From Myxococcota bacterium (GTDB taxonomy: Bacteria; Myxococcota_A; UBA9160; SMWR01), in assembly GCA_050618055.1 (NCBI GenBank), contig JBNLVK010000109.1, positions 4,433-68,432 of the forward strand: a stretch of 64,000 nucleotides of DNA, given 5' to 3'. Positions 18,340-28,406 of this stretch are shown piece by piece. The position numbers and the translations under genes were made by a program. The notes beneath the pieces were generated by a model. The model saw only the letters and a program-made list of their open reading frames with translations. It ran no database searches and had not been told where the DNA came from. Every line of letters begins with the position of its first letter. Position 1 is the first letter of the stretch.

Positions 18340-20738
18340 GCGTTCCCGAGAACCGCGGCGACCTCTTCGGCGGCCAGCGCCTGCGCCGCTACCACGTTCC
18401 GCGCGCGCGCCTCATCCCCCCGGAGCACATCTACCCGGTCGACGAGTGGCGGATCGTCGAGAAGCGCTTCTACCCGCGCTTCCTGGCCCAGACCGAGACG
18501 ATCTTCGCCCTGGCGAACGGCTACATGGGCATGCGCGGCGACTTCGAGGAAGGGTCGCCCGTGCGGGACGGCGGCGTCTTCGTCAACGGCTTCCACGAGA
18601 CCTGGCCCATCTTCTACAGCGAGTCGGCCTACGGCTTCGCGAAGACCGGCCAGACCATCGTGAACGTGCCCGACGGCCGGGGCATCCGCCTCTACATCGA
18701 CGACGAGTCCTTCGACCTCGCGAGCGCCCAGATCCGGCACTTCGAACGCAGCCTCGACATGCGCGAGGGGCTGGTGCGCCGCGAGCTCGAGTTCGAGACG
18801 GCGTCGGGCAAGCAGGTCCGGGTCCGCTCGCGGCGCATGGCGTCGGCCGAGCGCCGCCACCTCGCCGTGATCGACTACGAGGTGACGGTGCTCGACGCGC
18901 CCGCCATCATCCTGCTGGCCTCCGAGCTGGTGAACCGGGCCGTGGAAGACGAGTCCACCGACGGCGACCCGCGCAAGGCCCACCGCTTCGACGCCCGGGT
19001 CCTCGAGACGCTGAACCGCCAGGTCGACGAACTGCGCGTCACCACCAGCGTCCGCACGAAGTCGAGCCGGATGGAGCTGGCCTCGGGGATCGACCACCTG
19101 ATGGACACCGAGTGTCCCTGGCAGCACTGGACCGAGCACAGCGACGAGGTGGAGCGGGTGATCTTCTCCGTCGATGCGGCGCCCGGGCGTCCGGTCCGGC
19201 TCACCAAGCTGGTCGCCGCCCACCACGGTCGGGGGCTTCCGACCGAGGAGCTGTCGGCCCGCGCCGGACGCACCCTCACCCGCGCCAAGGCCGCCGGCCG
19301 GGACCAGCTCTTCTCCGAGCAGCGGCAGCGGCTGACGTCTTTCTGGGAGCGGTCGGACGTGCAGATCGACGGCGAGCCGGCGCTCCAGCAGAGCGTCCGC
19401 TTCAACCTCTTCCAGCTCTTCCAGGCGACCGCGCGCGTCGAGGGCCACGGCGTCTCGGCCAAGGGCCTGACGGGCCGCGGCTACGAGGGCCACTACTTCT
19501 GGGACGCCGACGTCTACGTGATGCCCTTCCTGACCTACACCGCGCCGCGACAGGCGCGCAACCTGCTGAGCTTCCGCTACCGCATGCTCGAAGGCGCCCG
19601 AGCGCGCGCACGCGAGCTCTCGCACCGCGGCGCGCTGTTCCCGTGGCGGACCATCAGCGGCGAGGAGGCGTCGGCCTACTACGCCGCAGGCACCGCCCAG
19701 TACCACATCAACGCGGACATCGCCTACGCCCTGCGCAAGTACGTGAACGCCACCGGGGACGAGGAGTTCCTGATCGAGAAGGGGGCGGAGATGCTCGTGG
19801 AGACCGCCCGTCTCTGGGCGGATCTCGGGTTCTTCTCCGAGCCCCACGGAGGCGCCTTTTGCATCAACGGCGTGACCGGACCCGACGAGTACACCGCCGT
19901 GGTGAACAACAACTGCTTCACCAACCTGATGGCGAGGGACAACCTGCGCGCCGCCGCCAGCGTCTGCCGGGCCATCCAGAAGGACTCGCCGGCCGCCTGG
20001 GGGCACCTGTGCCACGAGACCGGGGTCGAGCCGGGGGAGATCGAGACCTGGGAGGCCGCCGCGGCCGCCATGTTCCTGCCCCTCGACGAGACCACCGGGG
20101 TGCACGCCCAGGACGATTCCTTCCTCGAGAAGGAGGTCTGGAACTTCGCCGGAACCCCGCAGGACAAGTACCCCCTGCTGCTCCACTTCCACCCCCTGAC
20201 CCTGTACCGCCACCAGGTGATCAAGCAGGCGGACGTGGTGCTGGCCATGTTCCTGCTCGACCGGGACTTCTCGACGCAGCAGAAGAAGCGGAACTTCGAC
20301 TACTACGAGCCGCTCACGACCGGCGACTCGTCGCTCTCGAGCTCGATCGAGAGCATCGTGGCCAGCGAGATCGGCTACCACGAGAAGGCCTTCGGCTACT
20401 TCCTCGAGGCGGCGGTGATGGACCTGGCCGACGTCAGCGGCAACGTGAACGACGGCGTGCACATCGCGTCCGCCGGCGGCGTGTGGATGGCGTGCGTCTA
20501 CGGCTTCGCGGGCATGCGCGACGAGAACGGCGTGCTCTCCTTCGCTCCTCGGCTGCCGGAGAGCTTCGACCGGCTGGCCTTCCCCATCACCTGGGGCGGC
20601 CGGACCCTCGACGTCGAGATCACCCGCCACGCCACGACCTACCGCCTGCGCTCGGGTCCGCCCATCCAGGTGCGCCACCGCGGCGAGGTCCTCGACCTCC
20701 ACCCCGGCGAGCCGCGCGAGGCGAGCTCCGGCAGCTGA
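18336..20738 (+). CDS. GH65 disaccharide phosphorylase (trehalose/maltose/kojibiose)
   Basis: ETIFALANGYMGMRG, AKGLTGRGYEGHYFWD, VTGPDEY, KQADVVL, DSSLS; coupled to beta-PGM. Confidence 0.95.
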   Translation: MSVPENRGDLFGGQRLRRYHVPRARLIPPEHIYPVDEWRIVEKRFYPRFLAQTETIFALANGYMGMRGDFEEGSPVRDGGVFVNGFHETWPIFYSESAYGFAKTGQTIVNVPDGRGIRLYIDDESFDLASAQIRHFERSLDMREGLVRRELEFETASGKQVRVRSRRMASAERRHLAVIDYEVTVLDAPAIILLASELVNRAVEDESTDGDPRKAHRFDARVLETLNRQVDELRVTTSVRTKSSRMELASGIDHLMDTECPWQHWTEHSDEVERVIFSVDAAPGRPVRLTKLVAAHHGRGLPTEELSARAGRTLTRAKAAGRDQLFSEQRQRLTSFWERSDVQIDGEPALQQSVRFNLFQLFQATARVEGHGVSAKGLTGRGYEGHYFWDADVYVMPFLTYTAPRQARNLLSFRYRMLEGARARARELSHRGALFPWRTISGEEASAYYAAGTAQYHINADIAYALRKYVNATGDEEFLIEKGAEMLVETARLWADLGFFSEPHGGAFCINGVTGPDEYTAVVNNNCFTNLMARDNLRAAASVCRAIQKDSPAAWGHLCHETGVEPGEIETWEAAAAAMFLPLDETTGVHAQDDSFLEKEVWNFAGTPQDKYPLLLHFHPLTLYRHQVIKQADVVLAMFLLDRDFSTQQKKRNFDYYEPLTTGDSSLSSSIESIVASEIGYHEKAFGYFLEAAVMDLADVSGNVNDGVHIASAGGVWMACVYGFAGMRDENGVLSFAPRLPESFDRLAFPITWGGRTLDVEITRHATTYRLRSGPPIQVRHRGEVLDLHPGEPREASSGS

Positions 20739-20831
20739 CCGGAAGCCGCCGTCGCCCGACGGCGACGCCACCGGGGTTCCGGCCCTTCGTGTTCCCGGTC
20801 ACGAATTCCCTGCGCCGGAAGCCGATCCAGC

Positions 20832-21539
20832 GTGAACCCCCGAGCCCGTGGAGTTCGCCTGGCCCGTACCCGACGCCGACGCCGGATCCGCTGCAGCCTG
20901 CCCTGCCGGGTCCTCCAGCCCCCCCGCCGTGTGATCTCGGGAGTGGTGCGGAGCCTCTCCGAGGGCGGCTTCGGGCTGGAGACGACCGCGCAGGCGGAGC
21001 AGGGCGACCCGATCCGCGTGCGCTTCGCCGCCCAGGGACCGCTGCCGGAGGTGGAGGTCGAGGCGATCGTCTGGTACGTGCGCACCGCCTCCCGGGGTGG
21101 GAAGGGGGTCCGGAAGGGCGAGCTGCGCCTGGTGGGCTGCATCGTCCCGGGAGAGGATGCGTCCTTCCTCGAGATCTTCAGCGCGCTGGACAGGCGCAAC
21201 GGACCCGCAGAACGACCGCGTCGCGGGCGACCGCGAGGGCCGGCTCGCGAGAGACGCGAGGAGCCCGCCCCGAAGCCCACGGTGGAGGAGGACCTGCCGC
21301 GCTCCCGGGATCCCCTTCCCCCGCCGAAGCCCGAGCCCGAAGAGACCCTTCCCGTCTTCACGGTCCGCCTGCGCCAGGTCGGGGGCTCCCGGACGCGGAC
21401 CGTCACGGTGCGCGCGCACTCGACGGTGGAGGCCGCCGAACGCAGCCGGTCGCAAGTGGGTTCGGGTGCGGACGGCGTGGAGTGGGCGGTGCTGGAGGTC
21501 AGGCCCCGCGTCGCCGAGGACACGGGCCGGCGGGGGTAG
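20832..21539 (+). CDS. PilZ-domain protein
   Basis: RRRRR..LPC plus SLSEGG (RxxxR and D/SxSxxG-like), Pro-rich linker. Confidence 0.65.
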   Translation: MNPRARGVRLARTRRRRRIRCSLPCRVLQPPRRVISGVVRSLSEGGFGLETTAQAEQGDPIRVRFAAQGPLPEVEVEAIVWYVRTASRGGKGVRKGELRLVGCIVPGEDASFLEIFSALDRRNGPAERPRRGRPRGPARERREEPAPKPTVEEDLPRSRDPLPPPKPEPEETLPVFTVRLRQVGGSRTRTVTVRAHSTVEAAERSRSQVGSGADGVEWAVLEVRPRVAEDTGRRG

Positions 21540-21555
21540 GAACGCCCTCCCCCTC

Positions 21556-22617
21556 TCAGGAGTCGACGACGGCGATCGTCCGCCCGACGCTGCGCCGGTT
21601 CGCCAGGTCCTCGACCGCGCCGGGGAGCTCGTCGAAGCCGACCGTCCGGCCGACCACCGGCCGGAGCGCTCCCGACTCGATCCCCGCCAGGATCTCCGCG
21701 TGCGCGGCCAGTCCCACGTCGCGGGGGATCATGTTCCAGCCCATGCCGGCCTTCATGCCGCGCACCAGCTCCTGCGGCGCGTAGGCCATCATCACGCAGC
21801 AGAGCCGCACGTTGCCGAGCATCAGGCGGCGCGGAACCAGGAAGGGCTCGTCGGCCACCGCCTTGTTCGAGGCGAAGCCCATCATCACGTAGCGCCCGTT
21901 GTAGGCGATGGCCTTGAGCGAGGGCTCGAGCACGGCCTCGCCGACACCGTCGAAGACCACGTCGACGCCGCGCTGGTCGGTCTCGGCCAGCACGACGTCG
22001 GCGAAGTCGCCGTCGCGGTAGTCGACGACGACGTCCGCTCCCAGCGAGCGACACAGCTCGAGCTTGTCCTTGCCTCCCGCGGTCGCGAACACGCGCGCAC
22101 CCCGCTGCTTCGCGAGCTGGACGGCGGCGGAGCCCGCGCCTCCGGCCGCTGCGTGCACCAGCACCGACTCGCCCGCCCGAAGGTCGGCGCGATCGACCAG
22201 GCCCAGCCAGGCCAGGTGGAAGGGGAAGCAGACGGCCGCGGCCTCCGGCACCGGGATCGTCTCGGGAACGTCGAAGGCCGAGACGGCGGGACACACGGCG
22301 TACTCGGCGAAACCCCCGTGCGCCCCCTTGGTCGTGGCCGCGACGCGGCGTCCGACGGCGTCCTCCACTCCGGGACCGGCCGCTACGACCTCGCCGAGCA
22401 CCTCCATCCCCGGCGCATAGGGGAACTCCGGCCGCACCATCATGTTCCCGCCGCCGATGCGCTCGAGGTCGTTCAGGTTGAGCGGGATCGCCTGGACGCA
22501 CACCAGCAGCTCGCCCGCCCCGGGCTCGGGAACGGGTGCGCGCTCCAGGCGTAGCACCTCGCGGGGGGCGCCGTACGCGTGCACCCGCCAGGCGCGCATC
22601 GTCTCGGCTTCGGCCAT
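21556..22617 (-). CDS. NADPH:quinone oxidoreductase (MDR family)
   Basis: PGMEVLGEV, GGFAEY, VLVHAAAGGAGSAAVQLAK, GVDVVFDGVG. Confidence 0.9.
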   Translation of the reverse strand: MAEAETMRAWRVHAYGAPREVLRLERAPVPEPGAGELLVCVQAIPLNLNDLERIGGGNMMVRPEFPYAPGMEVLGEVVAAGPGVEDAVGRRVAATTKGAHGGFAEYAVCPAVSAFDVPETIPVPEAAAVCFPFHLAWLGLVDRADLRAGESVLVHAAAGGAGSAAVQLAKQRGARVFATAGGKDKLELCRSLGADVVVDYRDGDFADVVLAETDQRGVDVVFDGVGEAVLEPSLKAIAYNGRYVMMGFASNKAVADEPFLVPRRLMLGNVRLCCVMMAYAPQELVRGMKAGMGWNMIPRDVGLAAHAEILAGIESGALRPVVGRTVGFDELPGAVEDLANRRSVGRTIAVVDS

Positions 22618-22694
22618 CGCCGGGTCTCCATGCAGTGTGGGAAGCACGTCCCCGAACTCGCGACCGTAGCTCAAACGCCGTTGCCGACGGCCGA

Positions 22695-24464
22695 TCAGCC
22701 GTGGGGCAGCTCGATCACGAAGCGGGCGCCGCCGCTGGCGACCGGCTCGTGGGCGATGGTACCGCCGATCTCGGCCACACACTTGCGGGCGATGGCGAGG
22801 CCGAGCCCCGCGCCGAAGGCGTGCGCGCCGACCGAAAAGAAGGGCTCGAAGATCTCGTCGCGCACGTCCTCGCCGACGCCGGGGCCGTCGTCTTCGACCT
22901 CGATGCGGATGGTGTGAGCGACGCGCCGAGCGCGTACTCGGATCTTCCCGCCGGTCTCCTGGAGGGCGTGGCGAGCGTTGTCGAGGACGTGAACGACCGC
23001 CTCGACGAGCCCGTCGCGAACACCGCTGACGGGGGGAAGACCGGATTCGAGGTCCCGCTCGACGGCGATCGCCAGGTCGCCCGAGCCGGCGCTGAGACGC
23101 AGCGCCTCGTCGATAATCGGCGCGATCTCGATGCTCTCCGGGATGCTGCCCTCGGTGCGCGTGAACTGGCGCACGCGCTCGACGATCGTGCCGATGCGGT
23201 CGATCCCCTCGATGGCTTCATCGAGCGCCGACTGCAGGTCGTCGACCTCGTCGCCCTTGCCGGCGAGCAGGTCGCGCCACTCGTCGAGCACGGCGATCGC
23301 GTGCCCGACGTTGCCGCGCACGTAGGAGAGGGGGTTGTTCACCTCGTGGGCGAATCCGGCGGCCAGGCTCGCGATCGAGCGTGCGCGGCGGCTCTCGCGG
23401 CGCACCTCGTCGTGGCGCCGCTGCTCCGTGACGTCGCGCACGATCAGGTAGATGCCCGAGATCGCGCCGACGCGGTCGACGACCGTCGAGCCGCGGACCT
23501 CGTAGTGGCGTCCGTCGGCGTCCTGGATGGCGGTCTCGAAGCCCGACGCCGACCGGCACATGGCCGCGACCGCCGCCTCGAACTGCTCGGCGTCGTACTC
23601 GACCCGGCCGGCCGAGTGCCTCCCGACGACCTCGATCAGGGGTTGCCCGATCAGCTCGGAGGCCGGAGAGCCGAGCACCTCCCGCGCCGCCGCGTTCAGG
23701 TCGAGGATCACACCCCGGGTGTCGGCCACGATCACGCCGTCCCGGATCTGATCGATCACGTCGCGACGCGCGACCGGCAGGGTGTCGAGCATGCGGAAGC
23801 GCCAGTCGGCGAAGAAGAGCGCAAGGGTGGCGAAGCCGAGCAGCAGCGGCGTGCGGTCGTGGTCGCCCGCCGTCAGGCCGAGCAGATGGGCCGCGTTGCC
23901 GCCCAGCGGAAGGATGGAGGCGAGGGCGATCAGCGCCCCGCGCCAGCGCGCATCCTCGTTGACGAGCCGCCACGACCACGAGACGTAGCGGGCCGAGCCG
24001 CCGCAGATGAGCAGGTACGACCATGCCACCCACAGCCAGAACGCGGGGCCGGCCCAGACGGGCGGGCCTTCGGTCCCGATCAGGTCGGGCTCGCGCATGT
24101 AGAGGTGGTGCCAGCGGTTCGTGAGCATCAGCAGACAGAAGACGACGGACGGCAGCGTGAGCAGCGCGAGGCCGCGCAGCGTGAGATCGTGGTCGGCGCG
24201 CCGGGTGAGATGGAACGCCAGCGCGTACCAGGCGGGGGGCAACGCGAAGATCCCGATGAACGCGACCCGGACGAAGAAGTTGAGACCGCGTACGTCGGAG
24301 GCGCCGTGGCTCAACGCGACCCCGCCCGACCAGATCATGACGGCGGCGACGAGCCACAGGAAGATCTGACGCGAGCGGCCGGGCTGGCCGTTGGCCAGCG
24401 AGTACGTCGCGAGCGAGGTCGCCAGCAGGGTCGTGATCGAGGCTTCGAACAGCTGCGGGTGCAC
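22695..24464 (-). CDS. Histidine kinase with 7TM sensor, PAS, HisKA and HATPase domains
   Basis: Multi-TM N-terminus (LTNRWHHL), PAS (DGVIVAD..ILDLN), AHEVNNPL, DDGPGV, IFEPFFS, GLGLAI. Confidence 0.9.
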   Translation of the reverse strand: MHPQLFEASITTLLATSLATYSLANGQPGRSRQIFLWLVAAVMIWSGGVALSHGASDVRGLNFFVRVAFIGIFALPPAWYALAFHLTRRADHDLTLRGLALLTLPSVVFCLLMLTNRWHHLYMREPDLIGTEGPPVWAGPAFWLWVAWSYLLICGGSARYVSWSWRLVNEDARWRGALIALASILPLGGNAAHLLGLTAGDHDRTPLLLGFATLALFFADWRFRMLDTLPVARRDVIDQIRDGVIVADTRGVILDLNAAAREVLGSPASELIGQPLIEVVGRHSAGRVEYDAEQFEAAVAAMCRSASGFETAIQDADGRHYEVRGSTVVDRVGAISGIYLIVRDVTEQRRHDEVRRESRRARSIASLAAGFAHEVNNPLSYVRGNVGHAIAVLDEWRDLLAGKGDEVDDLQSALDEAIEGIDRIGTIVERVRQFTRTEGSIPESIEIAPIIDEALRLSAGSGDLAIAVERDLESGLPPVSGVRDGLVEAVVHVLDNARHALQETGGKIRVRARRVAHTIRIEVEDDGPGVGEDVRDEIFEPFFSVGAHAFGAGLGLAIARKCVAEIGGTIAHEPVASGGARFVIELPHG

Positions 24465-24667
24465 GGGCTTCCTGGTCTCGGGGCCGGACGCCGGTCCCCA
24501 GGACGAATCGACCGCTGGCGGCGCGAAGTTGACGCCGGATCGGCCCATGGGGCGGCCGGGCGGGGTCCGTCACGCGGGGGCGGATTCCAGTGACGCTGGA
24601 ACTCTCGACGGGCGCGGACCCGGCCGTTCGGCCACCGCCCGGCCCGTCGCGACGCTACCGTCGCGGT

Positions 24668-25645
24668 GTGTCCGCCCTTCCCCGCTCCTCCGGTGCGGTG
24701 CCGCGCATCGACGTCGGGCCGGTTCTCGCCGGGGAGACCCGTTCTCCGGCCGCCCTCGAGGTCCAGGCGCGCATGCGCGAGGCGTGTGCGTCGATCGGGT
24801 TCATGACGATCACGGGGCACGGGGTGCCGCGGCCCACGATCGACGCGGCGGTGGACGCCGCCCGGCGCTTCTTCGCCCTTCCCGACGCCGACAAGCGGGC
24901 CGTCGCACCGAAGCACTGGAACCCGGACAGCCCGAACGTCTACCGCGGCTACTTCCCGAGCTCGGCGGCGGGAAAGGAAGGGCTCGACGTGGGGGAGCCC
25001 CGTCTGGAGGACGAAGCGCTGCTCCGTCGCCCGTACCACGAGCGCAACCCGACGCCGAGCGCGCTGCCCCGCGACTGGGGGAAGCCGGTCGAGGCCTGCT
25101 TCGATGCGCTCGGCTCGCTGGCGCGCACCGTCCTGCGGGCGCTGGTCGCGAGCCTGGGCGGCGAGCCACGCCGCGTCGACGCGGCCTTCGCGCGACCCGC
25201 CAGCCTCTCGACCCTGCGCTTCAACTTCTACCCCGCGCGCGACGAGCCGGTGGAGATCGCACGGGACGACGGTGCGGAGCTCTCGTGCGAGGCGCACGTC
25301 GACAGCGGACTGCTGACGCTCCTCCACCAGGGCGAACGCGGCGGGCTCCAGGTCCGCGGCGGCGACGGGCGCTGGCATTCGATCGAGCCGGACGCGGATG
25401 CCTTCGTGGTGAACACCGGCCTGGCGCTCCAGCGCATGACCGGCGGCGCTCTCGTCGCCACCCGGCACCGCGTGCTCTTCCAGCCGCGAAGCCGCCTCTC
25501 GATCCCCTTCTTCCTCGAGCCGGTGCCCGACTTCGCCATGGACCCGCGCTCGCTGGGCCTGCCCTTCCCCTCACCGGTCGAGCCCCAGCGCTACGAGATC
25601 TTCCTGCGCGAGTCGCTGGCGAAGTTCGCGGAGTACCAGCGCTGA
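24668..25645 (+). CDS. Isopenicillin-N-synthase-family 2OG-Fe(II) oxygenase
   Basis: VPRIDV, IGFMTITGHGV, HVDSGLLTLL, VVNTG, HRV..RLSIPFF; start uncertain (24590-24668). Confidence 0.9.
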   Translation: MSALPRSSGAVPRIDVGPVLAGETRSPAALEVQARMREACASIGFMTITGHGVPRPTIDAAVDAARRFFALPDADKRAVAPKHWNPDSPNVYRGYFPSSAAGKEGLDVGEPRLEDEALLRRPYHERNPTPSALPRDWGKPVEACFDALGSLARTVLRALVASLGGEPRRVDAAFARPASLSTLRFNFYPARDEPVEIARDDGAELSCEAHVDSGLLTLLHQGERGGLQVRGGDGRWHSIEPDADAFVVNTGLALQRMTGGALVATRHRVLFQPRSRLSIPFFLEPVPDFAMDPRSLGLPFPSPVEPQRYEIFLRESLAKFAEYQR

Positions 25646-25784
25646 GAACGCCGGGCAGTCGTGGACGCCTGGCGGCCCGGCCGACGGGGCGATCCGCCCC
25701 GGCTCCCGTCGGATGCCTCAAGTGCAGGGACAGCGGGGTCGAATCAGGGATTCGGGAAGCGCATGCGCTCCCACGGAGGAGCGC

Positions 25785-27032
25785 GTGCAGAAGAGGGTGA
25801 TGGATCGCTTCCTGGCCCACGGCGTCAAGACCGGCGCGTCGGACCTGCATTTCCTGGTCGGCGACCGGCCGTCCTACCGGATCGACGGCAAGCTGCGCCC
25901 CGTCAAGTACGAGCCGCTGAGCCCGGCCGACACCCGGCAGATCTGCGAGAACCTGGTGGAAGGCTCGCTCGACTTCCCGCTCGAGGAGGTCCAGGAGCAC
26001 GACTGCTCGTACTCGGTCGAGGGCGTCGCGCGCTTCCGCGTCAACATCTACCGCCAGCGCGGCAGCCTGTGCTGCGTCCTGCGGGTCATCCCCTCCAAGA
26101 TCCCGAAGCTCGAAGAGCTCGGACTGCCCGAGCGGATCAGCCAGCTCGCGGACGAGGAGCGCGGACTCGTGCTCGTCACCGGCGCGACCGGCTCGGGCAA
26201 GAGCTCGACCCTCGCGGCGATGATCCGCCACATCAACCAGACCCGGGCCGCCCACATCCTCACCATCGAGGATCCGATCGAGTTCCTGCACAGCAACGCC
26301 CAGTCCTCGATCAGCCAGCGCGAGGTGGGTCCGGACACCAAGTCCTTCACCACCGCCCTGCGGTCCTCGCTGCGCCAGGATCCCGACGTGATCCTGGTGG
26401 GCGAGATGCGCGATCCCGAGACGATCGACATCGCGCTGAAGGCGGCCGAGACGGGACACATGGTCTTCTCCACGGTGCACACCACCGACGCGGCGAAGAC
26501 CGTCGGCCGGCTGGTGAGCATGTTCCCCACGGAGGAGCAGCCGACGGCGCGGATCCGCCTCGCCGACAACCTGAGGGGCGTGATCAGCCAGCGCCTGCTG
26601 CCCCGGGCCGACGGCAAGGGCCGCGTCGTGGCCGCCGAGGTCATGGTTGCGACCAAGACCGTGCAGGAGCACATCAAGGATCCCGAGAAGACCGGGCAGC
26701 TGAACGACGTCATCGAGCGCGGGCGCGATCAGTACGGGATGCAGTCCTTCGACCAGCACCTGACCGATCTCTACCGGGCGGGCACCATCTCGATCGAGGT
26801 TGCGATGGCCGCGGCCTCCAACCCCTCGGACTTCGAGCGGGCCCTCCACTTCAGTGAGGCTTCGGGCGACGGCGACGCGCCCGGCGCGGCCACGGACCTC
26901 TCGACCGCCACCTTCAATCTCGAGGCGGAGAAGCCCGCGGACGGCGACTCCCTCTTCGAGGAGATCGACGACGGACTGGGCACCGACGCCGCTCCCGAGG
27001 ACGAGAACATCCTGGAGCTGGTGGAGCGCTAG
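25785..27032 (+). CDS. pilT: PilT/PilU-family pilus retraction ATPase
   Basis: ASDLH, RFRVNIY, GATGSGKS, TIEDPIE, LRQDPDVILVGEMRD, TVHT, GMQSFDQ; acidic tail. Confidence 0.92.
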   Translation: MQKRVMDRFLAHGVKTGASDLHFLVGDRPSYRIDGKLRPVKYEPLSPADTRQICENLVEGSLDFPLEEVQEHDCSYSVEGVARFRVNIYRQRGSLCCVLRVIPSKIPKLEELGLPERISQLADEERGLVLVTGATGSGKSSTLAAMIRHINQTRAAHILTIEDPIEFLHSNAQSSISQREVGPDTKSFTTALRSSLRQDPDVILVGEMRDPETIDIALKAAETGHMVFSTVHTTDAAKTVGRLVSMFPTEEQPTARIRLADNLRGVISQRLLPRADGKGRVVAAEVMVATKTVQEHIKDPEKTGQLNDVIERGRDQYGMQSFDQHLTDLYRAGTISIEVAMAAASNPSDFERALHFSEASGDGDAPGAATDLSTATFNLEAEKPADGDSLFEEIDDGLGTDAAPEDENILELVER

Positions 27033-27158
27033 CGGGCCGGGCCCCGCCGTCGTCCGCCCCCCGTGGGGCGCCGGGTCTGCGCAAGATCCGACGCATCATT
27101 CGCGCATCGCGGCCTCTAGCCTGGGAGGGAGTTCTCCCAAGCCGGAGGTCTGCCGAAC

Positions 27159-28406
27159 ATGCTGCATGGCTCCCTCTCCACGCCCCTTCCTGTCGTCGCC
27201 GCCGCGCTCCTGCTGCTCCTGCCCGCTCCCGCCGTGCGCGCCCAGAGCGTCTTCGTCGGACCGGAGCCCTATCTCTCTACGGCCGACACCCCGACCCTCT
27301 TCTACGCCGGGGGCAGTGCCACGGCCGTCGAGGACTTCGAGGACTGCTCGCTCGATCACGGCATCACCGAGCCCTTTGGCATCCCCATCTCGTTCGGGGG
27401 CGGGGGCGGCTGCGGAACCAGCGTCAACACCGACTCGGTCGACGCGGACGACGGCCTGATCGACGGCTCGGGCACCATGGGGAAGTCCTGGTTCGGTCCG
27501 AACAGCATGACCTTCACCTTCGCGTCGCCGGTCACGGCTGCCGGTCTCGTCTTCACCGATGGATCCGGCGACGCGTACTTCGCGGCCTTCGGCCCGGGCA
27601 ACACGCTCCTCGGGGAGATCGGGCCCTTCGTGCTCGGCGACGGATCCACCAACGGCGGCACCGCCGAGGACCGCTTCTTCGGCGTGAAGGACCCGGACGG
27701 CATCGAGTCGATCCGCATCCAGATGCCCGGCTCCGGCGGGGTCGAGGTCGACCACGTGCAGTACGGCGACCTCGCCACGCTCGCGGCCACCTGGGACGAC
27801 GGCCAGGCGGTCCAGGCCAGCGGCGGCGGCCTGGACCCGGCGCTGCTGGTGGGGCTCGAGCCGCTCGGCGGCTTCGACGCCGTGGTCTCTCACCCGGACG
27901 CGCAGACCGTGGTGCTCACCTACAGCGGCCTCGACCCGAACGAGGCGCTCCAGATCAACGTGGCGAGCTACGGCCTGCCCTTCTACCCGCCCGACCCGAT
28001 CAAGGTCGTCGGCGACCAGATCCAGGTGGTGTTCATGGACGGTGGCTCGATGGCGACGCTCACCATCGACATCAGCTCTTCGTCGGGCGGGTTCATCGAT
28101 CCGCTGTCGGTGGTGGGCTTCAACCCGCAGCCGGAGCCGCCGGCGGCCAGCCTCTACGCCTTCAGCTCGCCGCCGACTGGCGACAGCGAGGCGCTGGCCA
28201 TCCAGGCGCCCCTCGGCGGCGGCAGCGGTCCGGCGGGCAGCACCCAGATCAGCCTGCGGCTCCAGGTGCTGGACGGCGGAATGACGCCGCTGCCCGCGTC
28301 GCGCGTCCACGCGGTGGCCGTGGTGCCCCTGGCCGGGCCGCTGGCGCTGGGACTGCTGGTGACGGGGCTGGCGGCAGCGGCGGCGCGCAGGCTGCGCCGG
28401 CGGTGA
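27159..28406 (+). CDS. Secreted surface protein with IPTL/VP-CTERM-like sorting signal
   Basis: Signal peptide, acidic beta-rich body, C-terminal VVPLAGPLALGLLVTGLAAAAARRLRRR. Confidence 0.8.
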   Translation: MLHGSLSTPLPVVAAALLLLLPAPAVRAQSVFVGPEPYLSTADTPTLFYAGGSATAVEDFEDCSLDHGITEPFGIPISFGGGGGCGTSVNTDSVDADDGLIDGSGTMGKSWFGPNSMTFTFASPVTAAGLVFTDGSGDAYFAAFGPGNTLLGEIGPFVLGDGSTNGGTAEDRFFGVKDPDGIESIRIQMPGSGGVEVDHVQYGDLATLAATWDDGQAVQASGGGLDPALLVGLEPLGGFDAVVSHPDAQTVVLTYSGLDPNEALQINVASYGLPFYPPDPIKVVGDQIQVVFMDGGSMATLTIDISSSSGGFIDPLSVVGFNPQPEPPAASLYAFSSPPTGDSEALAIQAPLGGGSGPAGSTQISLRLQVLDGGMTPLPASRVHAVAVVPLAGPLALGLLVTGLAAAAARRLRRR

